A stretch of 64,000 bases of DNA from an uncultured delta proteobacterium (GTDB lineage: Bacteria; Desulfobacterota; Binatia; Binatales; Binataceae). This document shows positions 33,488-44,307 of the stretch, piece after piece (position 1 is the stretch's first letter; each line of letters begins with the position of its first letter). Location: positions 224,001-288,000 of the forward strand of contig CAVXXK010000003.1 of the NCBI GenBank assembly GCA_963765675.1, given 5' to 3'. The notes under the pieces were generated by a model. That model did not search any database. It was given only the letters and a program-made list of their open reading frames with translations, and was not told the DNA's origin. Made by a program: the position numbers and the translations under genes.

Positions 33488-34396
33488 TTACCGCTGTCCG
33501 GTCCAGGTGGGCGCGGCGACCGCGCGCCAGCGGGCGCGAATCGCTTCGTAGTCATCTGAGGATAGTGGACCGAGCGAAGCGGCGTGCGCGTTTTCTTCGA
33601 AACGGCCGAGCCTGGTCGTCCCGACTAGCGCGGCGGTTACACCTGGGACTGAGAGGGTGAAACGCAGAGCAGTCGCTGCCACCTCCTTGCGGGCGAGGAA
33701 GGGATAGTCGAGCTGGCCCAGCCGCTCGCGATACGGAGCCGCATAGGGGTCGCGGTTGTCGGCGCGCCACGCGGCGTTGGCGAGCGAGCGCTTTGCGATA
33801 ATTCCCATCGCGCGTGCGTGCGCTTTGGGAATAGTCAGATCGATCGCTTCCTGATCGGCGATACTGAGCGAGGTTTGCAGCGTGTCGAAGATGCCGAGCT
33901 CGACCGCTTTGAGCGCGCTTGCGCCGTCGGCGCTGAGCCCGACAAACCGCGTCTTGCCGGCGTCGCGCGCGCGGGTCAGCACCTCGAGCACGCGCGGATT
34001 TGCAAGCGCGGCAAGATCGGGGCTGTGAAACTGCATCACATCAACGTAATCGGTGCGCAGGAGCTTGAGACTTCGATCGATCGTCTCGGCCAGGATTTTT
34101 GGCGCGGCAAAGTGATCGCCCCACCCGCTTCCCGCGTGGCCGCACTTGGTCATCAGGATGATTTCCTTGCGCCGGCGGCCGAGGGCGCGGCCAAGTTGCT
34201 CCTCTCCGTCGCCGTAGCATTCGGCGGTGTCGATCAGGTTGAGGCCGGAATCGATCGCTAAGTTGAGAAGCTTCGCGAGCGCGCGCCAATCGGTGCCGCC
34301 ACGTCCGCTCTCGGAGCCGCCGAAGCCGACGGCGCTGACGCTTAAGCTCGTGCGCCCGAGTATCCGGCGCTCGATTGGAATAGAAGGAGAATTCAA
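33488..34396 (-). CDS. Aldo/keto reductase
   Basis: LGRTSLSVSAVGFG, IDTAECYG, TKCG, LRTDYVDVMQFH. Confidence 0.9.
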   Translation of the reverse strand: MNSPSIPIERRILGRTSLSVSAVGFGGSESGRGGTDWRALAKLLNLAIDSGLNLIDTAECYGDGEEQLGRALGRRRKEIILMTKCGHAGSGWGDHFAAPKILAETIDRSLKLLRTDYVDVMQFHSPDLAALANPRVLEVLTRARDAGKTRFVGLSADGASALKAVELGIFDTLQTSLSIADQEAIDLTIPKAHARAMGIIAKRSLANAAWRADNRDPYAAPYRERLGQLDYPFLARKEVAATALRFTLSVPGVTAALVGTTRLGRFEENAHAASLGPLSSDDYEAIRARWRAVAAPTWTGQR

Positions 34397-34443
34397 GATT
34401 TACTGATCTATACGGACTGAGCGGCGCGAGGCAAAGCGGAGAC

Positions 34444-34614
34444 GGGCGGCTCGCGAGCCGTCCCTACGAAGGCCGATTCAATTCGTAGGAGCGCGTCGCG
34501 ACGCGCCCGGCTTTGCAATTTGGCGATCTCAGAGCAGCACCCTCACCCACGCGTCACGGCGATTGCTAAAAAGAGCAATCGCCGCGCCGCGTCGCCCTCT
34601 CCGGGGGGAGAGGG
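34444..34614. repeat. Repeat cluster: GTAG-type REP pair plus a third CCCTCACCC element
   Basis: GGGCGGCTCGCGAGCCGTCCCTAC and GTAGGAGCGCGTCGCGACGCGCCC (34444-34508); 34540-34614 is a near reverse complement of 32759-32841. Confidence 0.72.
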
Positions 34615-34718
34615 TATTCAAATTCGGGGCTGCCAAAGAAAGTGGGCGCCGCTCTCGCGGCGCCCACTCGAGAAATCGTTCGGACAATCTGTGAGTATCC
34701 CTAAAACGCGATGCCGGC

Positions 34719-36998
34719 TTAGGCGGCCTGCTTTGCTCCTGCCGACTCCGCCGATTCTCCCGCGAGCGAGCCGCGCTTGGAGAATGCAACCGCGACCGCG
34801 AGCAACGCAATCGACACGACTACCACCACGACGCGCGTGACGGTTACGTTATTGATTGCCGTGGTACAGAACGGGGCCGCGAGAATCCCGACCAGGTTCA
34901 TAACCTTGATCATCGGATTGAGTGCCGGACCCGCAGTGTCTTTGAACGGGTCTCCCACCGTATCGCCAACGACGGTGGCCTTGTGAATATCGGTACCCTT
35001 GCCGCCCAGGAAGCCGTCTTCAACTTTCTTCTTGGCGTTGTCCCAGTTGGCGCCCGCGTTCGACATGAAGACCGCGAGTAACTGGCCGGTCAGAATCGTG
35101 CCGCCAAGGAATCCGCCGAGCGCGCCCGCGTCGAGTCCGAAGCCGACCAGCAACGGCGCGAAGACCGCCAGGATTCCCGGACCGAGCAGTTCTTTCTGCG
35201 CGGTCTCGGTGACGATATCCACGCACTTGGCGTAGTCGGGAAGCTCGGTGCCCTTCATGATTCCCGGATGCTCGCGCAACTGGCGGCGGACCTCGAACAC
35301 AACCTGGTAGGCCGCGCGGCTGACCGCTTTGATCGCGAACGAGCTGAACAGGAACGGAACCGCGCCGCCGATCATCAGGCCGACGAACACGGTCGGCATG
35401 TTGAGCTGCACGCCGATCGCGCCCAGATGGGCTTCATCGATAAACGAGCGGAACAGCGATACCGCCGCGATAACCGCGGTCGCAATCGCGAGTCCCTTCG
35501 TCAGAGCCTTGGTGGTGTTGCCGATCGCGTCCATCCAGGAGAGCGTGCGCGACGCCTCTTCCTGATGAATCCCCGCCATCTCGAAGATACCGTGCGCGTT
35601 GTCGGTGATCGGCCCGTAGGTGTCCATCGCGAGGATGAAGCCGGTCGTCGTCAGCAGTCCAAGCCCGGTCAGCGCGATCCCATAGAACTGCAACGCGAGC
35701 GACTCGTGGAACAGAAGCATCGCACCGATAATCGTGATCGCGATCACCACCAGCGCCCACACCGAGGACTCGAGTCCTTCGGCGAGACCCGACAGGATGA
35801 GCGTCGCCGGGCCGGTGCGCGCCGCGATCGCCGTCTCGGTGGTGGGACCCTTGTCGGGATGGGTGAAATAGTTGGTGAGCCACAGAGTCACGATCGCCAA
35901 AATGATCCCGAAGGTCGCGCAGCAGGCAAAGCGCCAATCGGTCGCTCCAGTGCGTGGATCCTGCATGTAAAGGTAGTTGACGACAAAAAATCCGACCACC
36001 GAAGCGAGCGCGGAGACCATGTAGCCGTTGTTGATCGGCTTCATCGGATCGCGCATCGCGGAACCAACCGGCACTTTGACCGCCATGATTCCGAGGATCG
36101 ACGAAAATACGCCGACACCACGCAGGATAAACGCGAACATGATCAGCTTCATCGCGAACATCCCGGAGAACGCGCCGTACGCGGCCTTGAAGTCGGGCTC
36201 ATTGACCGCGAATGCGGCCAAAATGATCGCGGCGACGAGAGTGACTTCGTAGGACTCGAAGATATCGGCCGCCATGCCGGCGCAGTCGCCGACGTTGTCG
36301 CCGACGTTGTCCGCGATCGTCGCGGCGTTGCGCGGATCGTCTTCGGGCAAATCCTGCTCGACCTTTCCCACCAGATCACCGCCGACGTCGGCCGCCTTGG
36401 TGTAGATACCGCCGCCGACGCGCATGAACAGCGCAGCCAGCGATCCGCCGAAGCCAAAGCCGATCAGCACCTTCATCGCATCCTGCTGATAGACCAGGAA
36501 GATGATCGTCGCGCCCAGCAGTCCAAGGCCGACGGTGAACATCCCGGAGACGCCGCCCGCTTTGAACGCGAGCTCCATCGAATCCTTGAATGAAGTCAGA
36601 GCGGCGTTTGCGCTGCGCACGTTGCCCTTCACCGCCAGCCACATCCCGACGAAGCCCGAGAAATAGGAGGCGCTGACCCCCATCAGGAAGGCAATCGCTA
36701 TTCCGAGCGAGAGCCACAGGTCGTGATAGACTCCGCGATACATGAAGAACAGGACCAGGAAAATCGCGATGACGAAAAAGATCATCGTCGAGACTTGCCG
36801 GCGCATGTACGCCATCGCGCCGGTCTGGATCGCGTCGGCGACGTCGGTCATCGACTTGGGTCCCGGATCGGCTTTCATCACGGTGCGGACCAGAACCAGG
36901 CCGTAGCCCAATCCGATGAAGGCTGAAATGAAAATCAGCCACAAAATCATCACCTGCCCGTTGGTAAGGGCCGGCAGTACGATATTCGCTTCACTCAT
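34719..36998 (-). CDS. hppA: Membrane ion-translocating pyrophosphatase, K+-independent H+-PPase type
   Basis: GGGIYTKAADVG.DLVGKVE, DNVGDNVGD, GDTVGDPFKD; GNTTKALTK carries the Lys/Thr marks of K+-independent enzymes. Confidence 0.93.
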   Translation of the reverse strand: MSEANIVLPALTNGQVMILWLIFISAFIGLGYGLVLVRTVMKADPGPKSMTDVADAIQTGAMAYMRRQVSTMIFFVIAIFLVLFFMYRGVYHDLWLSLGIAIAFLMGVSASYFSGFVGMWLAVKGNVRSANAALTSFKDSMELAFKAGGVSGMFTVGLGLLGATIIFLVYQQDAMKVLIGFGFGGSLAALFMRVGGGIYTKAADVGGDLVGKVEQDLPEDDPRNAATIADNVGDNVGDCAGMAADIFESYEVTLVAAIILAAFAVNEPDFKAAYGAFSGMFAMKLIMFAFILRGVGVFSSILGIMAVKVPVGSAMRDPMKPINNGYMVSALASVVGFFVVNYLYMQDPRTGATDWRFACCATFGIILAIVTLWLTNYFTHPDKGPTTETAIAARTGPATLILSGLAEGLESSVWALVVIAITIIGAMLLFHESLALQFYGIALTGLGLLTTTGFILAMDTYGPITDNAHGIFEMAGIHQEEASRTLSWMDAIGNTTKALTKGLAIATAVIAAVSLFRSFIDEAHLGAIGVQLNMPTVFVGLMIGGAVPFLFSSFAIKAVSRAAYQVVFEVRRQLREHPGIMKGTELPDYAKCVDIVTETAQKELLGPGILAVFAPLLVGFGLDAGALGGFLGGTILTGQLLAVFMSNAGANWDNAKKKVEDGFLGGKGTDIHKATVVGDTVGDPFKDTAGPALNPMIKVMNLVGILAAPFCTTAINNVTVTRVVVVVVSIALLAVAVAFSKRGSLAGESAESAGAKQAA

Positions 36999-37291
36999 CG
37001 TCCGTTTCGATCTCCCGAGATTTCAGGGTTTGGGTGCGGCCTGCGCGCTATCTCCTATTCGCTGCTTCATCGGTCGTAGATAGACGATCACGGCGAATTC
37101 AATCCGCAGAGCGCATCTGGCGCAGTTTAGGTTTTCTGCGAAACGATGTCCATAACCTAAGTGTCGCGACGGTCGGTAATTTTGACTGTACCGGTAATGC
37201 GGTTTGCGATGAGTCATTTGCGTGCGCGCGCGCAAGGGCTGCGGCGGCATAGGAGAGTCTCGCCATTTCCGCGGACACTGCACGCGCGCCC

Positions 37292-37482
37292 GGGATTTCT
37301 CCCTTCGGTCGAAATGACGATTGTGGGCTCTATGCCCTGATCATCGAGTCCTGTACAGGATCCACGGTCGTCATTTCGAGCGATCGGCGAGAAATCCCGA
37401 GACGTCCATGCGCCGGAGCCTCACCACATGCAGCGGCTCTTCGATCGGGATTTCTCGCGGAGCTTGCGCGGCGCGAAATTGA
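37292..37482. repeat. Three GGGATTTCTC.../GTCATTTCG... REP-like elements
   Basis: Copies at 37292, 37370 (inverted) and 37447 in the hppA-tig intergenic region. Confidence 0.6.
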
Positions 37483-37539
37483 TCCTTTACGGTTGAATCG
37501 CGGCGCTCGCGTGTGTTTATCTGTAAGGTTCAAGACGCC

Positions 37540-38943
37540 ATGCAAGTAAATATCGATACCCCTTCGGCGCTGCGGCGCAAACTCACCATCGAAGTCGAGC
37601 CCGACGAGATCAAGCGCGAACTCGACTCGGCCTACAATGAGCTAAAACGCGGCGTGGTGCTCAAGGGCTTTCGCCCCGGCCATGCTCCGCGGATGATGCT
37701 CGAGCGGTTTTTCGGCGACCAGGTTCGCGGCGAAGTGCTGCAGAAGCTGGTGCGCGAATACACCGAAAAAGCCCTCGAGGAAAACTCGCTCAAGCCGGTG
37801 GTCGCGCCGGAGATCGTCACCGAAGAGACCGACCTCGCCAAGTCGCTCAAGTTCAGCGCGACCTTCGATCTGCGTCCCGAGCTGACCGTCAAGGATTACG
37901 CGGGGCTTAAGATTCCCGAGTTCAAGATCGAGGTGAAGGAAGAAGAGATCGACAGCACGATCCAGGCGCTGCGCGAGCGCCAGGCTACGCTCAAGAAGAT
38001 CGAAGGCCGCACCACGGTTCAGGAAGGCGACTACGTTCTCGCCACGGTCGAAGGCTTCGAGGGCGACAAAGCGCTGTCGGGAGTTCCGGTGCAGGAGCGG
38101 ATACTGCAGGCGTCGAAGACCGCGATCGCGCATCAGATCGACGAAATCCTGATCGGCGCCGAGGTCGGCAAGACCGCGCGCGGCGTCAAGACCTACGGCC
38201 AGGACTACGCGGAAAAAGAGCTTGCGGGAAAGACCGTCGAATGGCGCGTCAACGCCAAGGAAATCTACGAGCGGATTCTGCCCAACCTCGACGACGAGTT
38301 CGCCAAAGACCAGGGCGATTGCAAAGACCTGGCCGCATTGCGTGTGCGCGTGCGCGAGGAACTCGAGAAGCACGCGCGCGACGAGGCTGACTCCCGCGCG
38401 CGGCAGGGACTTCTCGATCTCGTGATCGAGCGCAATCCGGTCGAGCTGCCGGAATCGCTGGTGGCTCGCGAGCAGCGCATGATGGAGCAGGAGCTGCACA
38501 ATACGCTCGAGGCGGGTGGCATCCCGCACGAGCAGGTCGAGGAACGCGTCAAGGCTTCCGCCGAAGAGCTGAAGCAGCGCGCCGAGAAGCGCGCACGGAC
38601 CTCGCTGGTGGTAGACGCTATCGCGGACCAGGAAAATATTGAGGTCAGCGATGAGGAGCTGGGCGACCGGGTGGCGCTGATCGTCACCCAATCGGGCCGC
38701 AATCGCGATCGCGCGGCCGAGTTTTATCGCGAGGAAGCCAACCGCGAGGGCCTGCGCGTCACGATGCGCCGTGAAAAGGCGCTGGACCTCGTCATGGCGC
38801 GCGCCCAGCGCGAGCAGGTCGAAGGCGAGCCGAGCGAGCCGGCTCTGACGCCGGCTCTGTGGATAAGGCGTGAGTCAAGTGGACAAACGCTTTTTGAAAA
38901 CCGCAGGACGTTGCCCAAGTATTGCGGAGTGGATACAATTTGA
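37540..38943 (+). CDS. tig: Trigger factor (true stop may be near 38848 if the tail is frameshifted)
   Basis: GFRPGHAP ribosome-binding motif, LDDEFAK; first gene of tig-clpP-clpX-lon-hup. Confidence 0.93.
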   Translation: MQVNIDTPSALRRKLTIEVEPDEIKRELDSAYNELKRGVVLKGFRPGHAPRMMLERFFGDQVRGEVLQKLVREYTEKALEENSLKPVVAPEIVTEETDLAKSLKFSATFDLRPELTVKDYAGLKIPEFKIEVKEEEIDSTIQALRERQATLKKIEGRTTVQEGDYVLATVEGFEGDKALSGVPVQERILQASKTAIAHQIDEILIGAEVGKTARGVKTYGQDYAEKELAGKTVEWRVNAKEIYERILPNLDDEFAKDQGDCKDLAALRVRVREELEKHARDEADSRARQGLLDLVIERNPVELPESLVAREQRMMEQELHNTLEAGGIPHEQVEERVKASAEELKQRAEKRARTSLVVDAIADQENIEVSDEELGDRVALIVTQSGRNRDRAAEFYREEANREGLRVTMRREKALDLVMARAQREQVEGEPSEPALTPALWIRRESSGQTLFENRRTLPKYCGVDTI

Positions 38944-39000
38944 TGGCGTCAGCGGCCTGTTAACCTCATGAGCGTTCCGGCTGCGACGCGGTTAGGGTTT

Positions 39001-39597
39001 ATGAGTAGCCTGGTACCGATCGTAGTCGAACAAACTGGCCGCGGTGAACGCGCCTACGACATCTATTCCCGCCTGTTGAAAGACCGGATCGTATTTCTCG
39101 GCACCGAGGTTAATGGCGACGTCGCCAACTTGATCACCGCGCAATTCCTGTTCCTCGAATCCGAAGATCCGGAGAAGGAAATCAGCTTCTATATCAACTC
39201 GCCGGGCGGAGAAGTGACCGCCGGGATGGCGATTTACGATACAATGCAGTTCATCAAGCCCGGAGTGTCGACGCTGTGCCTGGGCCAGGCCGCCAGCATG
39301 GCGGCGATTCTGCTCGCTGCGGGAGCGAAGGGACGGCGCTACGCCCTGCCCCACGCCCGAGTCCTGATGCATCAGCCGCACGGCGGCGCACAGGGCCAGA
39401 CCACCGACATCGATATCCAGGCGCGCGAGATGGTCCGCGCGCGCGAAGAAATGAACCTCATCCTGGCGCATCACACAGGCCAGAACGTCAAGAAAATCGA
39501 GAAGGATACGGACCGCGATTTCATCCTGTCTCCGGACCAGGCAGTTGAATACGGAGTCATTGATGAGGTAATCGTTAGCCGGAGGCCCTCCAAGTGA
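39001..39597 (+). CDS. clpP: ATP-dependent Clp protease proteolytic subunit
   Basis: [31 protein letters not shown]. Confidence 0.97.
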   Translation: MSSLVPIVVEQTGRGERAYDIYSRLLKDRIVFLGTEVNGDVANLITAQFLFLESEDPEKEISFYINSPGGEVTAGMAIYDTMQFIKPGVSTLCLGQAASMAAILLAAGAKGRRYALPHARVLMHQPHGGAQGQTTDIDIQAREMVRAREEMNLILAHHTGQNVKKIEKDTDRDFILSPDQAVEYGVIDEVIVSRRPSK

Positions 39598-39613
39598 ACC
39601 GCGGGAGGCAGTA

Positions 39614-40864
39614 ATGGCCAAGCATGACGACCGTTCGGGCAATCTGGTGTGTTCGTTTTGCGGCAAGAGCCAGGACGAAGTACGCAAGCTGATCGCCGGA
39701 CCAACGGTTTATATCTGCGACGAATGTATCGATCTTTGTAACGACATAATCGCCGAAGAGACGGACAGCGAAGAGGCCTTCAGCCAGTCGTCGGCGGTTC
39801 CGAAACCCGCGGAAATCAAACGCGTTCTCGACCAGTACGTAATCGGCCAGGAACGCGCCAAGAAAATCCTCTCGGTCGCGGTCCATAACCATTACAAGCG
39901 AATCGACTCGCAGATGGTGACCGGCGACGTCGAGCTGCAGAAGTCCAATATCCTGCTGATCGGCCCGACCGGCGTGGGCAAGACGCTGCTGGCGCAGACA
40001 CTGGCGCGCTTCCTCCAGGTTCCGTTCACGATCGCCGATGCGACCTCGCTGACGGAAGCCGGCTACGTCGGCGAGGACGTCGAGAATATCATCCTGTCGC
40101 TCTTGCAGAACGCGGATTACGATATCGAGCGATGCCAGCGCGGAATCGTCTATATCGACGAGATCGACAAGATCGCGCGCAAGGGCGACAATCCCTCGAT
40201 CACGCGCGACGTTTCGGGCGAAGGCGTGCAGCAGGCGCTGCTCAAGATCATCGAAGGAACGATGGCGTCGGTGCCGCCCAAGGGCGGCCGCAAGCATCCG
40301 CAGCAGGAATTCCTGCAGGTCGATACGACCAATATCCTGTTCATCTGCGGCGGAGCGTTCGTCGGATTGGACGATATCATCCGGCGCAGAATCGCGGGCA
40401 AGACGATGGGCTTTCGCGCCGATCTGACCCATCGCGACCCCAAGACCGTCTCCGAGCTGCTGCTCGAAGTGCAGCCGGAAGACCTGCTCAAATTTGGTTT
40501 GATTCCTGAATTCGTCGGGCGCCTCCCGGTAATCGCGACCTTGGGCGAGTTGGACGAGGAAGCGCTGGTGCGCATTCTGAACGAACCCAAGAATGCGCTG
40601 GTGCGGCAGTACCAGAAGCTGTTCGACATGGAGAACGTGCATCTGAAGTTCACGCAGGGAGCGCTGCGCGCGATCTCGCGTGAGGCACTCAAGCGCAAAT
40701 CCGGAGCACGCGGACTGCGCGCCATCATGGAGAGCATCATGGTGGACCTGATGTACGACATACCGTCGCAGCCGAATATCAAGGAGGTTCTAATCTCAGA
40801 GGAAGTGGTGACGCAGAAGGAGCAGCCGCTTCTGGTCTATCAGAAGACCGCTGAAACCGCCTGA
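39614..40864 (+). CDS. clpX: ATP-dependent Clp protease ATP-binding subunit
   Basis: CSFCGK Zn finger, [28 protein letters not shown]. Confidence 0.98.
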   Translation: MAKHDDRSGNLVCSFCGKSQDEVRKLIAGPTVYICDECIDLCNDIIAEETDSEEAFSQSSAVPKPAEIKRVLDQYVIGQERAKKILSVAVHNHYKRIDSQMVTGDVELQKSNILLIGPTGVGKTLLAQTLARFLQVPFTIADATSLTEAGYVGEDVENIILSLLQNADYDIERCQRGIVYIDEIDKIARKGDNPSITRDVSGEGVQQALLKIIEGTMASVPPKGGRKHPQQEFLQVDTTNILFICGGAFVGLDDIIRRRIAGKTMGFRADLTHRDPKTVSELLLEVQPEDLLKFGLIPEFVGRLPVIATLGELDEEALVRILNEPKNALVRQYQKLFDMENVHLKFTQGALRAISREALKRKSGARGLRAIMESIMVDLMYDIPSQPNIKEVLISEEVVTQKEQPLLVYQKTAETA

Positions 40865-40891
40865 CGCGAGGGAGACTCGGGATCCACACAG

Positions 40892-43373
40892 ATGCTGTTT
40901 CGTAACGACAAAAAAGATAATCGCGACGCACCCGGGAACGTGGTTCCGCTGTTCCCGCTGCGCGAATTGATCGTATTCCCCCACGCGGTGTACCCGATAT
41001 TCGCGGGCCGCCAGAAATCCATCAAAGCGCTCGAAGCCGCCGAGCAGCAGAAGAAGCCCATCCTGCTGGTGTCGCAGAAAGACGCCAAGATCGCCGAGCC
41101 GTCGCCTCAGGATCTCTACACTATCGGCACGCTCGCGATCGTGGTGCAGCTTCTGCGCCTGCCCGACGGGACGGTGAAGGTCCTGCTCGAAGGCAAGAAG
41201 CGCGCGCGAATCCTGCGCTACCTTCCCGACGAGGATTTCTACCAGGTCGAAGCCGAAGAAATCGAAGAGGCATACGAGCCTTCGCCCGAAGTCGAGGCGC
41301 TGATGCGCTCAGTCGTGTCGACCTTCGACAACTATGCGCGGCTCAACAAGAAGATTCCGCCGGAGATGGTGGCTTCGATTTCGGCGGTCGATGATCCCGG
41401 ATTCCTGTCCGACAAGATCGTCGAACACCTGGGAATCAAGCTCGAAGACAAGCAGGCGCTGCTCGAATCGACCAATCCGGCAGAGCGGCTCGAAAAGATT
41501 CTCGGCTACATGCGCTCCGAGCTGGAAATTCTCGAGGTCGAAAAGCGTATCCGCTCCCGGGTCAAGAAGCAGATGGAGAAGACCCAGAAGGAGTACTACC
41601 TGAACGAGCAGATGCGCGCGATCCAGAAAGAGCTCGGCGAGAAGGACGAATTCAAGAACGAGATCCAGGAGCTCGAAGAAAAGCTGCGCCAGAAGAAGAT
41701 GCCGACCGAGGCGCGCGAAAAGTGCGAGCGCGAAATCAAGAAGCTCAAGATGATGTCGCCGATGTCGGCCGAGGCGACCGTCGTGCGCAATTACCTCGAC
41801 TGGTTCCTGGCGCTGCCGTGGTTCGAGTACACCGAGGACAAGCTCGATATAAAGGAAGCCGAGCGTATCCTCGAGGAAGATCATTACGGCCTCGAGAAGG
41901 TCAAGCAGCGCATCCTCGAATATCTCGCGGTCGAAACGCTGGTCGGCCAGATGAAGGGACCGATCCTGTGCCTGGTCGGCCCTCCGGGAGTCGGCAAGAC
42001 TTCGCTGGGCAAATCGCTGGCGCGCGCGACCGGCAGAAAGTTCGTGCGTGTGTCGCTCGGCGGCGTGCGTGACGAGGCCGAGGTCCGGGGCCATCGCCGC
42101 ACGTATATCGGCGCCCTGCCCGGCAAGGTGATCCAGTCGATCCGCAAGGCCGGGATCGTCGAATCCGGTAATGCTGCTGGACGAGGTTGATAAGATGTCA
42201 ACCGATTTCCGCGGCGATCCGTCGTCGGCGTTGCTCGAAGTGCTCGATCCGGAGCAGAACTTCACCTTCAACGACCACTATCTGGATTGCGATTACGATC
42301 TGTCCAAGGTGATGTTCGTCACCACGGCGAACACCCTCGATCGTATCCCGCGTCCGCTCCAGGACCGGATGGAAGTGATCCGGATTCCCGGCTACACCGA
42401 AACCGAGAAGGCGCAGATCGCGAAGAAGTACCTGGTCACCAAGCAGATGGAGGCCAACGGCCTCAAGCCCGAGAATATCGAGTTCTCCGACAAGGCCTTG
42501 CTGGGAATTATCCGCCACTACACGCGCGAGGCGGGAGTCCGCAACCTCGAGCGCGAGGTCGCGTCAGTATGCCGCAAGGTCGCGGTCGAAGTGGTCAAGA
42601 CCGATCGCAACGCGCACGTCAAGATTTCATCCTCGAGCCTCGCGAAGTATCTCGGACCCGCGAAGTTCCGCTACGGAATAGCGGAGACCGAGCCGCAGGT
42701 CGGCGTCACGACCGGGCTTGCGGTAACCGAGCTTGGCGGCGAGCTGCTGAGCGTCGAGGTGACGATCGTCCCCGGGCGCGGCAAGCTCACGATCACCGGG
42801 CAGCTCGGCGACGTGATGCAGGAATCGGCGCAGGCGGCGTTGTCATACGTGCGCTCGCGCTCGGACATGCTGGGACTCGACACCAGCTTCTACCACAAGA
42901 TCGATATTCACATTCACGTTCCCGAAGGCGGGATTCCCAAGGACGGCCCGTCGGCCGGAATCACGCTGGCGACTGCGCTGGTCTCGGCGCTGACGCGCAC
43001 GCCGGTGCGTAACGACCTTGCGATGACGGGCGAGATCACGCTGCGCGGACGCGTGCTGCCGATCGGGGGACTCAAGGAAAAGGTGCTGGCAGCGCATCGC
43101 GGCGGAATCAAGACGATCCTGATGCCCAAGGAGAACGGCAAGGACATCAGCGAGATCGCGCCGGCGATACTCAAGGGGATCCAGCTCATCCAGGTCGAGC
43201 ACATGGACGAGGTGCTGCGGCACGCGCTGGTGCTGACGGATCCGGAGGCGTTTTTCAAGCCGCGGCCGCCGTCGGTCAATCCGGCTTTCCTGAACGATAC
43301 GGAGAGTAAGACGCCGATCGCCGCCGACGACGATGAAGACGCGGCGCCGTCGCCAACGAACCTCTCGCAATAA
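40892..43373 (+). CDS. lon: Lon protease (single frameshift near 42152)
   Basis: GPPGVGKTS and [11 protein letters not shown] in ORF1; LLDEVDK and PKDGPSAG in ORF2; removing one G restores [13 protein letters not shown]. Confidence 0.95.
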
Positions 43374-43465
43374 GCGGGGAGCGCGAGGAAACTGGGGCTC
43401 CGTGATTCCCGCACGATCGCGGGACGCGGCCTAACCGGCGGCCCAAGCCGCAATAGAGCAGAGCC

Positions 43466-43783
43466 ATGACCAAGGCCGAACTTATCGAAGCACTGTCGAA
43501 CAAGCTTCCACTTCCCAAGGCCGACGCCGAGCGTGCGGTGAATATCGTGCTCGACGATGTGATCGCGGCGCTGAAGACCGGCGATCGCGTGAACATCTCG
43601 GGCTTCGGAACATTCTCGGTCTCGACCCGCCAGGCGCGTGCCGGACGAAATCCGAAGACCGGCGAGACGATTCAGATCTCGGCGAGCCGCTCGGCCAAAT
43701 TCAAGCCGGGCAAGCAGCTAAAGGACTCACTCAACGAAGGACTGGAAGGAGCAGCCGGCGCGGCGCCCGGCACGGGGTCGTGA
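43466..43783 (+). CDS. hup: HU DNA-binding protein
   Basis: [29 protein letters not shown]. Confidence 0.95.
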   Translation: MTKAELIEALSNKLPLPKADAERAVNIVLDDVIAALKTGDRVNISGFGTFSVSTRQARAGRNPKTGETIQISASRSAKFKPGKQLKDSLNEGLEGAAGAAPGTGS

Positions 43784-43835
43784 TCCTCGCGGCGCGCACT
43801 CGCGGCTGCCAGTAATCATTCGAATTCAGTAAAAT

Positions 43836-43870
43836 AAAGCCCTGCCCCTGATGGGCAGGGCTTTTTCTTT
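43836..43870 (+). terminator. Rho-independent terminator after hup
   Basis: AAAGCCCTGCCC-CTGAT-GGGCAGGGCTTT followed by a T-run. Confidence 0.85.
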
Positions 43871-43879
43871 TCGCGATGG

Positions 43880-43954
43880 GGGCGGTTAGCTCAGTGGTAG
43901 AGCATCGGCCTTACAAGCCGAGGGTCGCAGGTTCGAAACCTGCACCGCCCACCA
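43880..43954 (+). tRNA. tRNA-Val (TAC)
   Basis: Acceptor stem GGGCGGT/ACCGCCC, D-loop AGTGGTA, anticodon arm TCGGC-CTTACAA-GCCGA, T-loop GTTCGAAAC, encoded CCA. Confidence 0.97.
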
Positions 43955-44022
43955 TATTTTCTTAAGCAATTGCTGTGTTTTTCGCGAGTCGCGGCGCGGC
44001 GTCAAACTGCGTTTCTAGCGTT

Positions 44023-44046
44023 TGACGACCAATGTGACGACCAATG
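44023..44046 (+). repeat. Tandem 12-bp TGACGACCAATG, putative integrase arm sites (left)
   Basis: Two exact copies; the same 12-mer recurs at 56502. Confidence 0.7.
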
Positions 44047-44192
44047 AGTATCGGAAGTGTGCGCTAGCTTGCGGTGCGGATGCGGCCGGCGCGGCGCGAA
44101 ATCGCGCCTGGCGCGGAGTTGCGAGCTATCGACGCACGCAAGGAATGGCGCGACTGGCTGGCCTTTACATAGAGAGTGATACTTATTTTTTA

Positions 44193-44292
44193 ATGATCAA
44201 TGTGATCAATATGATAGAGTAGGGTAAAAGGCCGCGTCTTTATTGGTTTTTTTCGCGGCCTGCCCTGATCATGTCCTGATCACATTGATCAT
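44193..44292. repeat. Left-end TGATCA array with 16-bp inverted repeat
   Basis: TGATCA at 44194, 44203, 44266, 44277, 44286; 44193-44208 is the reverse complement of 44277-44292. Confidence 0.8.
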
Positions 44293-44307
44293 ATTTCTCG
44301 GCGGGAA

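Noticed and set aside
42140-42190. Programmed frameshift or natural split in lon
   Set aside because: No slippery heptamer evident; one extra G explains it and similar indels occur across the window.
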